Positions 60,659-64,000 of a stretch of DNA of 64,000 nucleotides are shown here, piece after piece; the stretch's first letter is position 1; each line of letters begins with the position of its first letter. A program made the translations under genes and the position numbers. The notes beneath the pieces are model-generated. The model made no database searches and was not told where the DNA came from. It saw only the letters and a list, made by a program, of their open reading frames with translations. The DNA is from Macrostomum hystrix (lineage: Eukaryota > Animalia > Platyhelminthes): positions 25,544,001 to 25,608,000 of the forward strand of contig CATNEN010000038.1 of the NCBI GenBank assembly GCA_950097015.1, given 5' to 3'.

Positions 60659-61621
60659 GAAGGGCGACTTCGTCAATTAGTTTTGAATCTGGAATAGGAA
60701 ATCCGACACGCGTATACTGTCGATGTGATGTTAATGTATTATTTTCAAACACGAAAATGTTTGAAAATAATCTGTTGCTATGCCAAAAATTTTTTATCAA
60801 CAAATGTAATTAACACTTTCTATCTTTTTCTTTTACTTTGCCTCTATAAAACAAATATTATTAAAACCATCTTTCTATATTTCTTTAGCGCTTAAATAAA
60901 ATACAAAATGCATCTAATTGGATTGCTGACCTGTTTATAATTAAAACGGTGTGACTAAGTGGTGCTGAGCATATGCACTCGGAACTTATTCAATGTTAAT
61001 TATTAAATCGAGTACAATTGATGCATCGAAAATTTGATAGTGTTGTGCCGCAGCCCTCACCTCTGCCCTATCATTTTTCATCTCTTTCTCGTTCCCTCCC
61101 CCTGCCAGCAGGCTAGCGTGCCCCACCCCAGTTAATATTTATCGATAGTCAGTTTGACACGGTGGCGAAGCCGCGATTTTGTTACTAGGTTTACAAGATT
61201 TATTACTAGGCTAGAGTGGACACGAGTGCCGCAGTACAAGACGCTGCGAAACAAGCGGTACCAGTCTGGCAAGACGACTCCACGATTCAGCAAGTGAGGC
61301 GGAGAGGCCCTGGCGACATTTTATCTGCAGCGGCGGCAGGTCATCGACTAGTCTGACATCAATTCTCTGACGGGGCTGAAGCCGAGTATCAGTCTATACG
61401 TAGTTCTTCGCTGCTATTGTCAGCGCGCTACTGACACTCACATACTGACACTGCCGCCGAACCTGGCGTGGCGCTAACGGGCAGGCAACGTAGCTTCCGT
61501 GCTGTCAGCAGTTCGTCTACCTCGTTGGTCTGGTATCTGACGTCCGCGAAGATCTGGGAAGCGTCGCCGCGGGCTCGGCTGGGCTGCCTTTGGTTCTGTG
61601 AGGGTGGTCCTGGCGGTCAGA

Positions 61622-61850
61622 GGCGCAGCCGCGGAGAGAAGGCCTATAGGGGCTTGTCTTGCAATTTACGCCCTTGAGGCCAACCTACAAGGCACAGTGA
61701 GAGTGTACACTGCCTGACGATGAGAAAGTCAGGGCAGATGTACACACCTGTGTGAGTGTGAGTGTGTACCTGCTGCGTACAGTATTTGTGTGCGTGTGTG
61801 CTCAGGAATGGGTAGAATTGTCTAATCGCTGGCTGCAGGTCTAGTGTCAT
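61622..61850 (+). mobile_element. SINE family A, 5'-truncated
   Basis: GGCGCAGCCGCGGAGAGAAGGC...ACTGCCTGACGATGAGAAAGTCAGGGCAGATGTACAC...TCTAGTGTCA. Confidence 0.78.
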
Positions 61851-61899
61851 GCGAGTGCTATTAGAGTTATTAGACACCTAGAAGGTGGTGCTGTGTGCA

Positions 61900-62090
61900 G
61901 GCGGTGGTCGAGACCGTCCAAATGACGGACTTGCTCGAACAGCAAGTAATCGCAGCGCACGCCGGCCTGACCCGTCCGACTGGACTACTGGGTCGTCAAC
62001 GACTCCGGCTGGCAGGTCACATCATCCGCGCCGAGTCCTGCGCTGCCCAAAGCCGGTGCAGGAGGTGCTGCTGCTCACACTGCAGGCACC
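61900..62090 (+). mobile_element. Non-LTR retrotransposon 3' fragment (RTE-like)
   Basis: The translation RQRLRLAGHIIR resembles the R.RLRW.GHV.R motif found downstream of the RT domain in RTE-clade LINEs. Confidence 0.55.
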
Positions 62091-62864
62091 CACTCCGGTG
62101 TTTTCTTACAGCCGTTAAATTAAATCAATAGGAATGAAGACAATTGTAGTTCCTGCTTTGAAAGCTTGATAATTTATTTGAGATACCAGTAAATGTAAAA
62201 TTAAAATGTAAAAAAGAGCATAACAATGAACTTGGTAATCGAATAAAACTAGCAGCCAAGTAGAAGTAGTAAAACTTATCCGAAATATATATGCTCGCCA
62301 ATTATAATATTGGTATTCAATACTTCTGTATTTTTTAATGGCTAAAAAAAGTGCGACAAGAGCTTTTTCTAAACTAAATGTTCATGGAAACTGATATGAA
62401 GTATCATAGGACAGTGCGGGCCAGTATAACCAGTCGGAAATATTTGTTTAAGTGCAGGATGAGAACCTTGCAGTTATCAAATGTGCCACGTACCACGTAG
62501 TTATTTAAAACGCTAGTTAGAAAATAAGATTGAGTGAATATGATAGTAATGCAAAGCAAAGGATAATATCGATTCGGATGATAATTAGATTGATTTGGTT
62601 ATAACGATGTGTTATGTTATTCCGCTTGAAAAGTTAGTTTCAAATCTGTGTAGTATGTTAGCAGATAAACAAAAGAGAATGAATTCTGAAAATTTTGTCG
62701 AAGCGTTAAAAATATTGACAGTTTTGGTTAGTCAGGTAGTACGAGAAGTAGTAAGGCTGCAAATTAAACGAAAACTGGAAGTCGACATCGAAAGTAAAAA
62801 ACTAGGAAATTCAAAGTAGTCTGCCACAAACCGCAAGTGTTATGCTCTGTGGGTAGCTGACAGC

Positions 62865-64000
62865 TCAGATGTACATCATCAGCTTGAGAAAGTTGTCCTG
62901 CTTCATAGCCTCCTTGGTCTTGATCATGGCTTCGTAGGTTGTAAAGGCGGTCCTCATTCGCACCGCCAGCAGGATGAAGTCCTCGAAGCACACGCTGCCC
63001 TTTACAGGGTCGGTATAGCGCATAGCAACCGTTTCAAACACCTTGTTGCAGAGATTGTATCCGGCTGCCTTCAGGGCGTCGCGCAGCTCAAAGGAGTCAA
63101 AAGAACCGTTGCAGTCTGCGTCCTTCTCTTTGAAAATGGTCTTCAGGAGGCGGATCTGGTTCCACAGCATCTTAAATTCGTCAAACTCCATGTAGCCAGA
63201 CATGTTCAGATCCATAAGGGCGAGCATGCTGCGACAGGCTTCAGCGCTGAAGCCGGTGAAATCTTTCACCTCGCGACCGAACGACCGGTTGAGAATCTGC
63301 TGCAGCTGGAAGGCGTGAATGCGACCTGCCCCGCCAGAGAAACCATGAAAAGCCTGGCGCAGAGGCTCCTCGTTCTCCGCGGTGCTGACAGGCGCTGTGA
63401 TTGCCGACCTCACCTCCTCCATCTTGTTCTCCGTGTCCAGCACGCTAGACAGGTTGGGCTTCTCTGAGAAGATGCGCAGTATGAACCTAGCCTCTTCATT
63501 CGGATTGAACGTCGATGGTATGATCGCGTAGTGTCCCGGGGGCAGTTTGTGCCGACCGCTGACTTCTCTCTGGTTGACGAAAGCAGACTTGTCTGTCTGA
63601 CGATTGTAACGGAAGAATTTCTGATCCAATGGACCGTCACTCTGCTCCCGTAGCTGATAAATGGCGTAACCAATAGTAAAGTACTCGCCACCGACTGTTA
63701 GTTTTCGCACATCCTTCTGCATCAGGCCGACAATTATAGTGCCAAGGTTCTCGTCGTCCGAATCGTCTGGGTCAACAATCTCTACGCGGAACTGCTGGTT
63801 CGTGTGAAAGCTGTCGATAAAGTTTCTGCAGCCGCCGGCGCTCACGTTTCGCTTCCACTCGCCCTTCTCCAGGCACATTTCCCAACGGCGTTTCTTGGCA
63901 GCTGCGCCAGTTAAGCTGCTGGACATGGACTCTGGACTGAGATGGCAGATCTCTAGCTTAGTGAACTCTTGCACAAAGTCCATGTAGGCCATCCAGAACT
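62865..64000 (-). CDS. Classical calpain large subunit, 3' part (end of protease core, C2-like domain III and penta-EF domain); 5' end lies outside the window
   Basis: FWMAYMDF..LEICHL, GEWKRNVSAGGCRN, NQQFRV, IIVGLMQK, FVNQREVSGRHKLPPGHYAIIPSTFNPNEEARFILRIFSE, ACRSMLALMD and ELRDALKAAG. Continuous ORF to TGA at 62865. Confidence 0.93.
   Translation of the reverse strand, partial: FWMAYMDFVQEFTKLEICHLSPESMSSSLTGAAAKKRRWEMCLEKGEWKRNVSAGGCRNFIDSFHTNQQFRVEIVDPDDSDDENLGTIIVGLMQKDVRKLTVGGEYFTIGYAIYQLREQSDGPLDQKFFRYNRQTDKSAFVNQREVSGRHKLPPGHYAIIPSTFNPNEEARFILRIFSEKPNLSSVLDTENKMEEVRSAITAPVSTAENEEPLRQAFHGFSGGAGRIHAFQLQQILNRSFGREVKDFTGFSAEACRSMLALMDLNMSGYMEFDEFKMLWNQIRLLKTIFKEKDADCNGSFDSFELRDALKAAGYNLCNKVFETVAMRYTDPVKGSVCFEDFILLAVRMRTAFTTYEAMIKTKEAMKQDNFLKLMMYI

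Noticed and set aside
1-64000. Functional Ca2+/glycogen cluster (PHKA, calmodulin-like, calpain)
   Set aside because: The genes are far apart with unrelated genes between them, and the calmodulin-like protein is not canonical calmodulin (the PhK delta subunit). There is no evidence beyond co-location.

Overview
Intron-rich animal genomic DNA, not prokaryotic. Almost every large intron is filled by its own minisatellite, which resembles the flatworm Macrostomum lignano (organism is inferred, not shown). Splicing exons by hand at GT-AG sites gives seven genes: phosphorylase kinase alpha subunit (minus, <1..14006, both ends incomplete), tubulin polyglutamylase TTLL5-like (minus, 19758..31198), MIX23/CCDC58 (plus, 33050..36198), HDAC6 (plus, 37142..49483), a calmodulin-like protein (plus, 58117..60658), the 3' part of a classical calpain (minus, 62865..>64000), and the most interesting item: a compact 3-exon gene (minus, 52143..53405) hidden inside an apparent 30-bp minisatellite. 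That gene encodes a signal peptide, an acidic spacer and 29 tandem WLSGAFRN-type octapeptides, almost all flanked by KR. It looks like a non-amidated neuropeptide prohormone that I do not recognise. About 1 kb upstream of its repeat is a non-coding 30-bp minisatellite with the same period and 19/30 identity to the peptide repeat. Also present: a 766-bp hAT-type MITE with an 8-bp TSD, two tRNA-headed SINE families, two LINE fragments, candidate 138-nt cassette exons in PHKA, and an in-frame stop-free repeat intron in TTLL5. Most long ORFs in the supplied track are repeat artefacts. All exon coordinates were read by eye and are unverified by transcripts.
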